64,000 nucleotides of DNA from Balanoglossus misakiensis (GCA_040954595.2 CM082580.2:9774390-9838389), one strand, 5' to 3'; counted from the first letter of the stretch, positions 24,356 to 35,269 are shown. Made by a program: numbers and translations. The notes: a model not told the origin generated them from the letters alone.

Positions 24356-27300
24356 ATGGCTGAAACGGCAAAGAAAGGCGACGAGGTAAATGCTTTCAAG
24401 TTGAGACCGACGACGATGGCTCATGCGTCCACTCACTGACGATCGACCACTGACTCTGTGACTGTTCACGTGTTTTATACCGGAAGAAAGCTTTTAAATT
24501 CTCAATCTGTTAGTGTTACATGTAGATTGCAAGGCCCTGATACCTTGGAAAGTATTGATATTTGGCTGTTTAGTTAATGGTGATCACTTACACTACCTGA
24601 CGGTGCGTTTTCGAGCAATAAAGTAGTAGTAGTAGTAGTAGTTGTTGTTGTTGTTGTTTTGTTGCTGCTCATGTTGTTGTTGTTGTCGTTATCATCATCA
24701 TCGTCAATATTATTGTTATTTACTTTTAGAATGCTAAAGACTACCAGCTTTCTAGAGATTCAGAGTTGAGATTTGAAGTGGAAAACAATGAAGAAGTTCA
24801 AGTTCAGGTAACAATCAATTTATACTGGATAGGGAAATATACATATACATGTACTACCTGTAACCATCTCAAAGCTGATTTCATTGAAATGAAATCAAGT
24901 CATCTGTTACTGTAGTTACATGTAGACCTATTTTTAATTGCAGCTGAAAGATGGTATGGCAGAAATCTTTGGAACAGAACTGACAAAGAATAACACTTAC
25001 AAATTTACCTCTGGCGCCAAAGTTGCAATATTTACTTGGCATGGATGCACCATTAAAATATCCTTTCATACAGATGACGATATTGTGTTTACATACGTCA
25101 TACTGACACAAAAACATAGTTCTAAAAAGTGAGTGTTTTGATATCAGAGTTTCCTTGACAAACACATTTTACATGACCGGCACAACTGAAGTAGAATATG
25201 TGTCCAAAGACACACCAATGGTAACATACCTGAACACACATGCTGCATTGGAACAGATGAGGCAGCAAGCTGAGAGGGAAGGAACCCGAGGACCCAGGGT
25301 AGGTCATCATTCCTCATAATGGTTTGGAAATCGCAAATGTCTTACATGTATTGATTGTTGTAGATCGGGGTTTGTTTCACACAAATATTTGCTTCGATTG
25401 CAATTGCAATAAGTATATTATCGACTGTGATGGTGATTGCTACAAGTGACAAGTGTTCCTTTGTTTTCCTGAAGGTAATGGTTGTGGGACCAACAGACGT
25501 TGGCAAAAGTACTTTGTGTCGGCTACTCCTGAACTATGCTGTTCGAGTCGGGAGAAGGCCCACATTTATAGATCTTGATGTAGGCCAGGTAAGTTACCCT
25601 TGATGAAGTTCACAGATTCCTAAGATTGTCAATTTCCTAATACCAGTTATGAAGAGAGATATTTAAAGTAATATTAGACTCAATATAGGATGGGACATGC
25701 GCCCTCTATGGTCTATATCAGCACAATGTCCCTCACGACAGTCTCATACATGTAGTGTTTATCTCTCAAATTCAGGGAGTCATCTCAATACCAGGAACCA
25801 TAGGAGCATTACTCGTAGAACGACCTGCAGACGTAGAGGAAGGTTTCTCGTTGCAAGCCCCCCTAGTTTCTCATTTCGGGAGCACATCGCCGGGCTCAAA
25901 CATCAAACTCTACAAATTGCTGGTTTCAAAATTGGCAGAAGTTTTCATCAAGAGGTGTAAGGCGAACAGGAGAGGTGAGTGTTAACACTACCAGCTTTTT
26001 TGTTGACCTCCTTTCCTTTCAATGGTTGCACCAGTTGTTATCATTATGTTTTGTTTTTCAGCTGAAGTCAGTGGTTGTATCATAAACACATGTGGATGGG
26101 TCAAAGGAGGAGGGTACCAGTGCATCACTCATGCAGCACAAGCATTTGAAGGTGAGACTGTGATGTGACTTCAGTTTGTATCATTCATTTAGTTTGTGTT
26201 AAAACCATAATATAAGCATACATTTGATGTGAAGAGATGTGATCGGTGCATGGTTTCAGCATCGAAATGTAAGAACCAGCAAATCCTCTAACTATAATCA
26301 AACACCTCTTTTGTTCTTTTTCTGCAGTTGATGTAATAATTGTCTTGGATCAAGAAAGGCTTTACAATGAGTTAGTGCGAGACATACCAAAGTTTGTCAA
26401 AATTGTACTTCAACCCAAGTCGGGAGGGGTAAGTGTGTCTGTCTTTATAAACTTTCTTGTCTCAGACTGTTCTTTTCTTTGGTGAAATGAGCCCCTCATC
26501 CTGTATGAAAAAGTAACATGCTCTGAATATCATGCACCATAGAGAGCTACTGCATACCAGTGTATCTGTGCCTGGTGCTCTCTGAAAGGCTGACTGGGCT
26601 AACACAACACAACACAGCGTCTCTGGACTAGTGCCACCAAGTGACCAAAATATTTAATCAGTCGTTGGTGGTCAGGCGTCCACCACCCAATCTGATTAAA
26701 TGAAAATCATTTGTAAAGTAAAATCTTTTATTTGCATCAGAAGTATGAAAAACAAACGCCAAGAAATTCTAGTATTTGTAGAATAGAAAAATCAAAATGA
26801 ATAGTATGGTGTGTGTAAAAGAAAGTTTCTGTGATTCCTGAGTTCAGTAAAATATACTCAAATGAAATTTAACTACTCGTGTCATGTTATAGCTCTCACT
26901 GAATATTGAGCTGCTTGAAACTTTTACCATGCAACCTTTTTAGCGGTGAAGAAGAAATCGTTGTTAGGTCTAAGATTAGTGACAGAAGTTAAACACGTCA
27001 TTGTGGGGTTCTAGAAACAGCTGGAAGTTGGGTCATTGTGGGGGTGTAGAAACAGTAAGACCCCCCCCCCCCTACACTTGCGGGGGTGTAGAAACAGGAT
27101 TAAGGTCATCACTACAAGAGTGTGATTTTTAGAAACAGTAAAACCCCCGACCAATTTGGGATTTTAGAAACAGAAGGGACCCCCAATGGCTGTCGACTGT
27201 CCGAAGGCCACTGATTTGAATTCATTGCTTTCCTTAAACGTCAAGTGCATAGCACTTGCTTGCCTTATCACATTATCTATATCTGTAAATTACCCATTAT

Positions 27301-30300
27301 CTGTGCAGTTGAAAACGGATAAGGGTAACTTTGATGGTGGTCACCAAGGGTTTGACTGTGTATTTTGAACCAACTATGAAATTGACTGAATGGATCATTG
27401 TCCCCTCAAAAAACTCGAGGGAATTAAACAATATCTGGCATTAGGTACATTTCTGAGAGAAGTTGTCGGATTTAAACAAAGCCCAGCCTTTTGACCATCA
27501 TGGTGACTGTTTTCATTGAGTACATGTTGTCTCTCCTGAACGTGTACCAAGACACGGCGCCTCGCGGGTCCTCCCTCTCATTGCTGTGGTACAGGCCGTT
27601 CAGGTTGCTGTGGAAACAGTTGTTGAACCACCAGCCGGAGATGTACGACTTGGCGCAGTGGGTGGTCTCGCTGCTGTCGCGGTCGCGGTCCGGGGTGCTG
27701 AACTCCTGCCGGTCGTGGTAGCTCATGGAGTCGCCGGCCGTGCCGTTGTAGCGGCCCAGGTAGAGCCTGTAGTGGTTGTACTCGTTGTCCACGTAGAAGC
27801 CGTCGTACTCGGCGATGCGCGTGTCCGAGTCCCAGTCGGTGAGCACCACGCGCAGCATGTACTTGGACTGCGTGGTCAGCTTGTGCAGGTTCTCGTTGCC
27901 CACCCAGTACTCGTGGTTGAGGTCGCCGAAGCCCACCTTGTAGGACAGCCAGTCCATGTTGAAGTTGAGGGAGCCGTCGCGGCGTTTCTGGATCACGTTC
28001 CAGGAGTTGTAGCCGTCCATGTAGCAGTAAACCTTGAAAGGCCGGGGTGCGTTCCACGGTTGGATCTCGTACACTCCATTGACCCCGCCATCCGGATGCT
28101 CCTCCGCGATATGCTGACAGTCTGAAAATCAACACAGATGTTTTGTGGAATTAATGTCCAAAAGAAAAGTTTAAATCCGTGCATCGGTATACCGTGTAAA
28201 TCATTCATCCCGACACTCTATTCCTGTCCAATGTACTCAGATCACCTGATCTATTATTTCACACTCTACACCTCATCAGAGGGGTCAAACTGTGACCCCA
28301 AGCAGTGCCATTAGTTGTATCTGTGGTGATAAATTAGACATTTGCATCAGCTCTGCCGAAGATGCGCTAGATTAGATACTGCTTATTTGGAATACCTCAT
28401 TTCCTGTGTTTTTTGACTGCCTTGTTATCAACCAGATCATCAGTGGCAAAAAAGCCTGCAAACTTATTTTATCCTGAATCCCCTATAGAATTTCTTCGAT
28501 CTGAAGTACGATTTATCAGAAACTTCTCTGCTGGCGGACACTCACAATGAAATATGGACAGTTTGTAACCAGTAGAGGCGTAACAAATGACTAGTTCATC
28601 ATGAATTATAAAGTCTAAGTCTGTAGAAAATATTTATGACAGTGTGAATTGAAGTTTCAGAGGCAACAGTTTGTTCGCCAGACTAGTGTGTGACATACAA
28701 CAGACACATTCAGTGACAACCTTACATGCAAAGATATAGGGCTGCAAGAGATATGAATGCAATATTTAAACACCCACCTCTGTACACTTTAGGCATGGAT
28801 GGCTCGACGGCATTGGACTGACCGCCCATCTGGCTAGATTTAATGTTCTGCGGCTGCATCATGTTATCGATCCGGGACTCCAAATTCGCTATCTTTCTGT
28901 CCTGGGCTGCGACGGTCTCCCGCAGAGTTGCCAGCTCTCTGTCCTGGTCCTGCTGCGTCGTCGATAGCTGCTGCAGTGTCGCCTTCGTCTCCGCGTTGGC
29001 AGCCGAGCAAACCTGCTCCGTGCTGGGCACCGTGAACGTGTACTCGCACATCTCTGCGTCTTTGTCCTTCTTGTGTTTCGACTTTCCACCGCCTCCCGAT
29101 CCCTTGCGGGTTTCCGAGTCCGTGTCGGTCATTCCCGTGTCTTCCCTCACCATGTCGTCCGTATCCATATCTCCCTGGTTATCCGTGTCTACGAGGCCGT
29201 CCATTCCGGTCGTCCCCTCAGCATTCCCTCCTTCGTCCCCCTTCCCTTTCTTGTTCTTCTTGCCGGCCGCGTCAGCCGCCAAAATCAACCCGAACAGAAG
29301 GACCAGAATCAAAGTCGTCTTCATTTTTTCCAGCTCCGAATATTCAGCGCTCAAAGCAACACAGCAACGCTACCAGTAACCCAGAGCACAGTGAACAAAC
29401 GCAAATAGGGGTGACCCTTAATGAGTCAAGATTACATATCAGCAAAATCTGATTGCGAGGTGTACTTTGGTTAATAGTTGACAGTTTTAGAAGGGATCTA
29501 GGTAAATGCAAACTCCTCTTTAGTGTATATGGTGATAACCATGTGGTGTGCTTCAGTGGCATCCTGTCAATAGTTCAGTAAAACAAAAAAATATGGAGTC
29601 CTCAAGGTCTGAGCGTAGGGTAACTTTGTACAGATTGACCTATGGGTCACTAACAGCGTAGAGTTAATTTGACTTCACCTCGTGTGCACATACAAAATAA
29701 GTGTTGAATACCAATACACAGTGTTGCATCCAGGATGGCATCAACAGGGGGATATGGAACACTGGGTACCTGAGCATGTACAGCATGTTACTGTACTTCC
29801 TTACTGTATTATGAAATCTTTTTTAACACCAAATGAAAGTGGCTTCTAAAGAAAAATGGTATGGCAATAACAAAAATGTTTTTTTCTGTTCCATATTTTC
29901 TTGGCAGGTTGTCGAGAGACCCCAGTCATTCCGTCGTCACTGCAGAGACGAGAAAATCAGAGAGTATTTTTACGGTTTTAGAAGTTGTTTTTATCCCCAC
30001 TCGTTCGACTTGAAGTTTTCAGATGTAGAACTTTATAAAATAGGAGGTGAGTTGAAAGTGATGTTTTCAAAGTTTTCAACTTCCAAATTTGAGCGTTGCA
30101 GTTGCTTTGACACATTTCCATGGAAATGGAGTAATCTCACTCAAACTCTGTAGATTTACTCAAGAATTTCAAATTCTATGGATTTTCTAATAAGTATATC
30201 TCAATCTCATCGGTGTGATTTTTTTCCTGAGAGACTTGGTGAGATAAACACAGTCACTTGGGAATCTCAGATAAGAATATCGAGGTGTAGCTACAAAATA

Positions 30301-31061
30301 CACAGATTTTAATTAGATTTCTCCATGTTTTGATGATATTTTGATATGCCCAATTTTATTTCCCTTCGGTACTTCATCAGAAACATTCCCCCCCCCCCCC
30401 CAAGGGGCAACAGAAGATGTGTAGTTAAGACTTTATTGTGTTACACTGATATTTTATTTTATCTTCCAGCACCAGAAGTGCCGAATTCATGTCTGCCACT
30501 GGGAGTAACTCCCGAAGACAACCAAACTAAACTTGTACCAATGATGCCAAGTATGTCTGTGTTTATTTTCAGCCCATGTTTTTGGGGGGTTGTTTGTTTG
30601 TTTGTATTGTTGTTTTTGGAGGGTAATTTGCCTTTGAACCTATAAAAATTTTAGCCTCTGAAATTATTTGTTGAACATGGGAAGTCGTGAAATCATTCAT
30701 TGTGTTGGTGTCTTCTACAGGCAAAGATCTGGTGCATCACATCATGGGTGTCTCCATGGCCAATTCTGAAGAGGAGGATATTGTGACGAGTGCAGTATTA
30801 GGATTTGTAGTCATGTGAGTATCAATCTACTGAACCTGAATACTGACTGAAGCGTAAAGTTTTAAAGCCTTTTTGCTACCACGATTTGGTCCAAGGCTAT
30901 TGCTCTCTGGTGGTGGAAAAAATGTTGTTTAAATTTTGTTTCATTTCAGTACCAACGTGGACATGGACAGGAAAAGTTTTACTGTGTTATCGCCAGCACC
31001 CAGACCGTTGCCAAGTAAAATACTTGTCCTTAGTGACATCCGATTCATGGATCTCAAGTAA
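24356..31061 (+). CDS. CLP1: Polyribonucleotide 5'-hydroxyl kinase CLP1 (cleavage factor II / TSEN-associated), 425 aa, 12 coding exons
   Basis: Exons 24356-24385, 24730-24807, 24944-25057, 25173-25298, 25475-25588, 25776-25974, 26062-26151, 26328-26428, 29908-30046, 30470-30550, 30721-30814, 30950-31061 total 1278 nt. Motifs: [36 protein letters not shown], Walker [40 protein letters not shown]-terminal SDIRFMDLK*. Confidence 0.96.
24623..24705. repeat. Compound trinucleotide microsatellite (GTA)n(GTT)n...(ATC)n in CLP1 intron 1
   Basis: gtagtagtagtagtagtagttgttgttgttgttgtt...atcatcatcatc is directly visible. Confidence 0.85.
25058..25172 (+). other. U12-type AT-AC intron (115 nt) in CLP1
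   Basis: Donor ATATCCTTT at 25058, branch site TTCCTTGAC at 25151-25159, terminal AC at 25171-25172. Removing it joins WHGCTIK to [16 protein letters not shown] in frame. Confidence 0.93.
27472..29324 (-). CDS. Secreted angiopoietin-like fibrinogen-related-domain (FReD) protein, 398 aa, nested antisense in CLP1 intron 8
   Basis: Exons 29324-28778 and 28121-27472 (phase-1 junction YR|DC). Signal peptide [19 protein letters not shown], charged low-complexity region, CEYTFTVP motif and a coiled coil. The FReD has [65 protein letters not shown]. Minus-strand AATAAA at 26727-26732. Confidence 0.93.
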
Positions 31062-31387
31062 ACGACTGGTGTGTGTGTGTGGACTGGAATGTGACAATAC
31101 ACCCCTTGAACACCCTGGGCATAATATATGTATCCAGCAGCGATGAACTATCCAACATAGACAATGCAATCAAAATAGACCATCTGGCTAGCATAGACTG
31201 TCTTGTCAGTTTTAGTCCACCAAACCAGTATCCAGCTGGCAGTGGCGGTCTATTCAATATAGACCGTCTATTCATTAAAGACCATCCAGGCAACACTAGC
31301 TTTTCATCAGCGGAATCTTCATGACCTTGAACTTTCCTCTAGGTTTTCATGATTTCTCTTTTTCCTCCATGGATGACACTGGGGACA

Positions 31388-31480
31388 TCAACCCTATCAC
31401 CATTATGGTTTCATCCAACTCCACTGATCTCAATTGCAATGCTAGACTTCTGTACAGGGCAGTGGGGGTGAAAGGATGAA
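31388..31480. mobile_element. Degenerate copy of the ~90-bp MITE in the CLP1 3' UTR (a second, inverted remnant at ~31542-31631)
   Basis: TCAACCCTATCACCATTATGGTTT...GCTAGACTTCTGTACAGGGCAGTGGGGGTGAAAGGATGAA aligns by eye with the 7606 and 8271 copies. Confidence 0.6.
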
Positions 31481-31803
31481 ATTTCAGTTTCTACTAGTAA
31501 TTCCCAGCCAAGGGACCTAATATCATTTCTTCCGTGTGTGTTTGACACTCTCATCCCCATTTAGTTGCTTATAGATTCAACTCTACCATTTAAAACAATG
31601 GGTTCAACCAAATAATGGGGGGTGACAAGGGGAACATCAGGTCTGCACACTTATGCAATTTGTGTATTTGTCAATTTTTATGGATATCTGTGAATTCTAC
31701 AAGTCTTGTACATAATAAGTTATGCTCTTTCTGATAGAATGAGTAATTTCTTTTTAAATGAGGAATATTTTTAATGTTGAACTCCAAGTAGGAGACTTTT
31801 GCC

Positions 31804-31809
31804 AATAAA
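31804..31809 (+). terminator. Probable CLP1 polyadenylation signal
   Basis: AATAAA followed about 20 nt later by a GT/T-rich downstream element (gtgttttgtttgtatgttgtctttt). Confidence 0.6.
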
Positions 31810-32488
31810 CGTGATTGAAATTCAAGTCGTGTTTTGTTTGTATGTTGTCTTTTTCTCCCCATTTTATACTTGTTTACTGTGAGAGAGAGAAAACTTTGTG
31901 TGTGGTGGTGAGATGTTTGGCAAGTTTTAATGATGAAACAGGGTGCAAAGCCGAAAAAATTAAAGAAAAACAGTACGGAAGCAAGGCAAAATGCAACTGA
32001 AGTACATGTACTAGTATAATGTGTAACAATAGCGCCCTCTCTGGTACATTCACCGATAGACCCCTCTCCTCAGTGTCTATGATTCACCGTACTTACAGTT
32101 TTATTGTAAGGTCCGCGAACAGGGTGAGCACATACACATAAAAACGTATTGTAAGAAACCAAAATATTTATCTGGAAAACATTTCAACTGCCTGTTGTTG
32201 ATAGAACGGTCGGATTATGATTCACCTGTCTATTGATTATCGAAGACAATGCGCATGCCCGAATAAAGTTTGGTTTTTCTTGCACATGTTCGTTTAATAT
32301 CTTTGGCTTATTCTTCTGTTCCGTTGTATGTACGTGTAGGTTTTATCGTTTGTTCTGTAATCTTCACATTCTTTATGTCTTCAAAAACAAGCCATCTCAT
32401 TGGCTTCTTCACCCAGAACACCAACTCGTCATCCAATGGCAGACGCTTTCTCTCTTGCATCCCATAGCAACCACTTCCAGGGAAGATC

Positions 32489-35269
32489 CTAGAAGACTTT
32501 GACGCAATGGTGTCCACTGTCGACCACCACAACTCTAAGTGGTTTGGACGACGCGACTGCCAGGCCCTCGGGACAGTCCAGCCACTTGCCGTCGCTGTTC
32601 AGGTGCCTCATGAAGGTGCCGTTGGGCTTGAAGAGTTGCACTTTGTTGCTGAGGTAGTCGCAGACGACCATTTCATCGTTGTCGGTGCAGGCAACGCCGG
32701 TGGGGCGGTAGAACTGGCCCTCCCTGTCGCCATGGGTACCGAAGGCGAACATGAAAGTGCCCCTGTAGTCGCACACCTGGACGCGGTGGAAGCAGTAGTC
32801 GGACACGATGATGTCGTCGCGGCTGTTGCAGGCCACGTACAGCGGGTAGTTGAACTGGCCCTGTTCGAGGCCCTTCCCGCCGAACGAGTGGACGAGGGTG
32901 CCGTCTAGCGAGAACGTGCGCACGGTGTGGGCCGGGTGGTCCACCACGTGGACCAGACCGTGGCGGCTGACCGTGACGCCCCAGGGACCCTGCAGGATGT
33001 TGGAGCCGATGGTGCGGATGATCCGACCGTCGTAGTCGCAGAGGAGCACGTGTTTGTTGTCGTAGTCGCTGATGACCAACTGTTCGCTGTTGGTGACGGC
33101 CACGCCCACCGGGTCGAACTTTCTGGTGAAATTGCGGTAGGAGAAGACGTGGTCCAATTCGCCATCCTTGCGGAATATCTGCATCCGGTTGTTTCCGCGA
33201 TCCGCGACCAGTATGTCTTCGTTGTGTGACACGGCTACGCCTCGAGGCCCGCAGAATTTGCCGGGCGTGGTTCCCTTCTTGCCAATCTTGAGGAACGGTC
33301 TCCCTTCCAACCACTCATCATCATCGCTGTCATCATCACGGGCTCCTCTCTCTAGATCGTCGGCGTAATACGGATTCTGCGATGGAGGGTTGAGGACTAT
33401 GTTGATGGGTACAGCTTGGCCGCCTCTGGCCATCTGCTGGTAGAATTCTGGACCCAGGGAGATCGACATTGGCTGGGAGCTTCCGTACGGTTGGCCGCGA
33501 AAGCTGACGCGCAGGTCATGGTGGCCGGGAACAGTGGGGTTGTACCCGACAGAGTAACTGCCGTCCGGATTATTGGAGACGTTCGCCCGGTGAACTTCGT
33601 GTATTGGGGTCAACACTCTGGCAGAAACGTCATCATCACCGGCACGACCTTGTCTTCCACTGGGACCTCGTGACCGCCTCCCGTCCTGCGAGGGCATAAC
33701 TCTCAAATTCAAAGGAGTGTACCGAGTAGGAGACTCCCCGTTTGTAGTCATGGAACCAACATCCCTTGTCGTCATAGTGACGGCGTCTCTGGTGTTTTTC
33801 GTCGGTTGACTTGGAGGCTGGTGCCTGCCGTACGGCGGGGGTGTGTCTGGTGGCAAGTTCAGTACAGGTGTTGATAAGACGATTGGCTTGGGCGGTATGT
33901 CGTGCACCTCGAGCTCTGGTTTCTGGCTCCTGGGCGTTTCCCACTCTCCGTTCATGGTCCTGGGCGTTTCATCCTCGTAACTGGATCTGGGAGAGTTGTC
34001 TGAAGACGTGAAAGTTGACCTGAGGGTCGGTGCTCCCGGCTTCGGTTTAACTGTGATCGCCCCCAGGTGGTTCACCCGTTTCAGATCCCGGTGGAAGTCC
34101 TCGTTGCTGGTGAACTCGATGGCGCTGCTGTCCACCGGCTGCAACTTGACGTTGGCCCTGGCGATTTCCGTCAGCCTGGCCTCGGTGTCTTCGTTCAGGG
34201 CGATGACGTCGAAGTGGTTGCCGTACTTGAGCAAGGACTCCGTGAAATCGCACGCGTCTTGGACGTTGTGCAGGGCCTGCTGCAGCCGGTGGAACTGTTC
34301 GTCCAAGACGGCGCGTTTCGCCAGAATCTTGTGCTCCATCTCGTCGAACACTTGTTCCTCTAGCTTTCGGAGCATCTCGACTTCCCTTCTCACCCGATCA
34401 CGCAACTTGATCTCGGCAAAGTCGCACTGTGTTTCGATATCCGTCATTATGGCTCGCACTTGGGTTAGACTTTGCTGCAAAGAGGGGAGTTTGGTTTTTG
34501 CGTCTCTCAACAGTCTCCTAATATAATTAAATTGTCTGTCAACGGACTCTTGCAGTGGTCGGACGTGGTGGTCGGGTGGTTGGTGGTCCTTGACTGCACA
34601 GGTGTCGCACACCGGAATATCACAACTTTCACAGTACGAGTTCATGATATTCCCTTCGTGGTGTGGACACACGGTTGGGTGAATCAAGGACGACTTTTTC
34701 AGAAGAGAATTCTGACGTTCTATGCCCTCTGTGAAGTCTTGCACCGACATTATTTTGTGCCTCTGTCCGAGTTTCATTTTCTTGTGCTTCTGTTCGCAGT
34801 CTTCGCACAGGAACTCGGCGCACTCGAAGCACCGCTTGGTGGCGTCCTTCTCACACGCCCGGCACTGCGGCGGGGCGTCGGAGCTGAGGACGTCCTTCAC
34901 GTCGATGAGGCCGGCGGTGAAGGTGTTGTCCGGCAGGGCTCTCACCGGCCGCTCGTCTTCCTTCCCGCAGACAGGGCACTCCAGGACGCCCCCATTGTCG
35001 ACGACGTACGACTCTAAGCAGTCCTCGCAGAAGCTGTGCAGGCACCGTAAAAGTTTCGGGCGCTTAAACCGGTTGTTGCAAACGGGACAGGTGAGGGCCA
35101 TCTCGTCGATAGCGTCTGCTATCTCGGCCCGTGCATTCTGGTCGCTTTCGGAGGGGATCGAAGCAGGCGGCGAAGAGGCGTGCGATTCTGAACGCGGCTG
35201 GGACTGATACGGTGCCGGATACTCGTTTTCTCCCTCGGCCTCTGACGCTGATAAAACTTCTTCCGACAT
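32489..35269 (-). CDS. TRIM-NHL E3 ubiquitin ligase (TRIM2/TRIM3/TRIM71-like), 926 aa, single coding exon
   Basis: RING (CPVC...CLHSFCEDC...CPVC), B-box1 (CRAC...CFECAEFLCEDC...H...H), B-box2 (CPHH...CESCDIPVCDTC...H), coiled coil, disordered linker, partial filamin repeat (NNPDGSYSVGYNPTVPGHHDLRV) and about 6 NHL repeats (FCGPRGVAV, FDPVGVAV, LQGPWGVTV, FNYPLYVAC, FYRPTGVAC, LDCPEGLAV). A 5'-UTR intron is likely: acceptor tttcctcag at 35308-35310, donor AG|GTAAGT at 36769/36768. Confidence 0.95.
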   Translation of the reverse strand: MSEEVLSASEAEGENEYPAPYQSQPRSESHASSPPASIPSESDQNARAEIADAIDEMALTCPVCNNRFKRPKLLRCLHSFCEDCLESYVVDNGGVLECPVCGKEDERPVRALPDNTFTAGLIDVKDVLSSDAPPQCRACEKDATKRCFECAEFLCEDCEQKHKKMKLGQRHKIMSVQDFTEGIERQNSLLKKSSLIHPTVCPHHEGNIMNSYCESCDIPVCDTCAVKDHQPPDHHVRPLQESVDRQFNYIRRLLRDAKTKLPSLQQSLTQVRAIMTDIETQCDFAEIKLRDRVRREVEMLRKLEEQVFDEMEHKILAKRAVLDEQFHRLQQALHNVQDACDFTESLLKYGNHFDVIALNEDTEARLTEIARANVKLQPVDSSAIEFTSNEDFHRDLKRVNHLGAITVKPKPGAPTLRSTFTSSDNSPRSSYEDETPRTMNGEWETPRSQKPELEVHDIPPKPIVLSTPVLNLPPDTPPPYGRHQPPSQPTKNTRDAVTMTTRDVGSMTTNGESPTRYTPLNLRVMPSQDGRRSRGPSGRQGRAGDDDVSARVLTPIHEVHRANVSNNPDGSYSVGYNPTVPGHHDLRVSFRGQPYGSSQPMSISLGPEFYQQMARGGQAVPINIVLNPPSQNPYYADDLERGARDDDSDDDEWLEGRPFLKIGKKGTTPGKFCGPRGVAVSHNEDILVADRGNNRMQIFRKDGELDHVFSYRNFTRKFDPVGVAVTNSEQLVISDYDNKHVLLCDYDGRIIRTIGSNILQGPWGVTVSRHGLVHVVDHPAHTVRTFSLDGTLVHSFGGKGLEQGQFNYPLYVACNSRDDIIVSDYCFHRVQVCDYRGTFMFAFGTHGDREGQFYRPTGVACTDNDEMVVCDYLSNKVQLFKPNGTFMRHLNSDGKWLDCPEGLAVASSKPLRVVVVDSGHHCVKVF

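Noticed and set aside
26998-27185. Repeat-spacer pattern superficially like a CRISPR array
   Set aside because: The conserved core is only 9 bp, the spacers are partly related to each other, there are no cas genes and the context is a eukaryotic intron/UTR. Kept as a motif-array finding instead.
27491-29408. Multiple long overlapping and antisense ORFs over the FReD gene
   Set aside because: Shadow ORFs caused by very high GC3 and the resulting lack of off-frame stops; no recognisable domains.
801-31061. Functional link between the tRNA gene and the tRNA-splicing kinase CLP1
   Set aside because: The tRNA-Asp has no intron and is 23 kb away; proximity is probably coincidental.
32029-32045. 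CTCF-like site (AGAGGGCGCTA on the minus strand) between the convergent CLP1 and TRIM ends; similar GCGCCCTC at 3603 and 6725
   Set aside because: Only the 3' half of the CTCF consensus matches; cannot be supported without a PWM scan or ChIP data.
32650-32657. let-7 8mer site (CTACCTCA in the mRNA) in the TRIM-NHL gene, suggesting lin-41/TRIM71
   Set aside because: It lies in coding sequence (D-Y-L-S codons) and I saw none in the 3' UTR. The same 8mer occurs in the IA-2 last exon (43331-43338) from L-P-Q codons. Not enough to name the gene TRIM71.
32507-35207. Overlapping alternative-frame ORFs over the TRIM gene
   Set aside because: Same GC3 shadow effect; only the 926-aa frame has domain structure.
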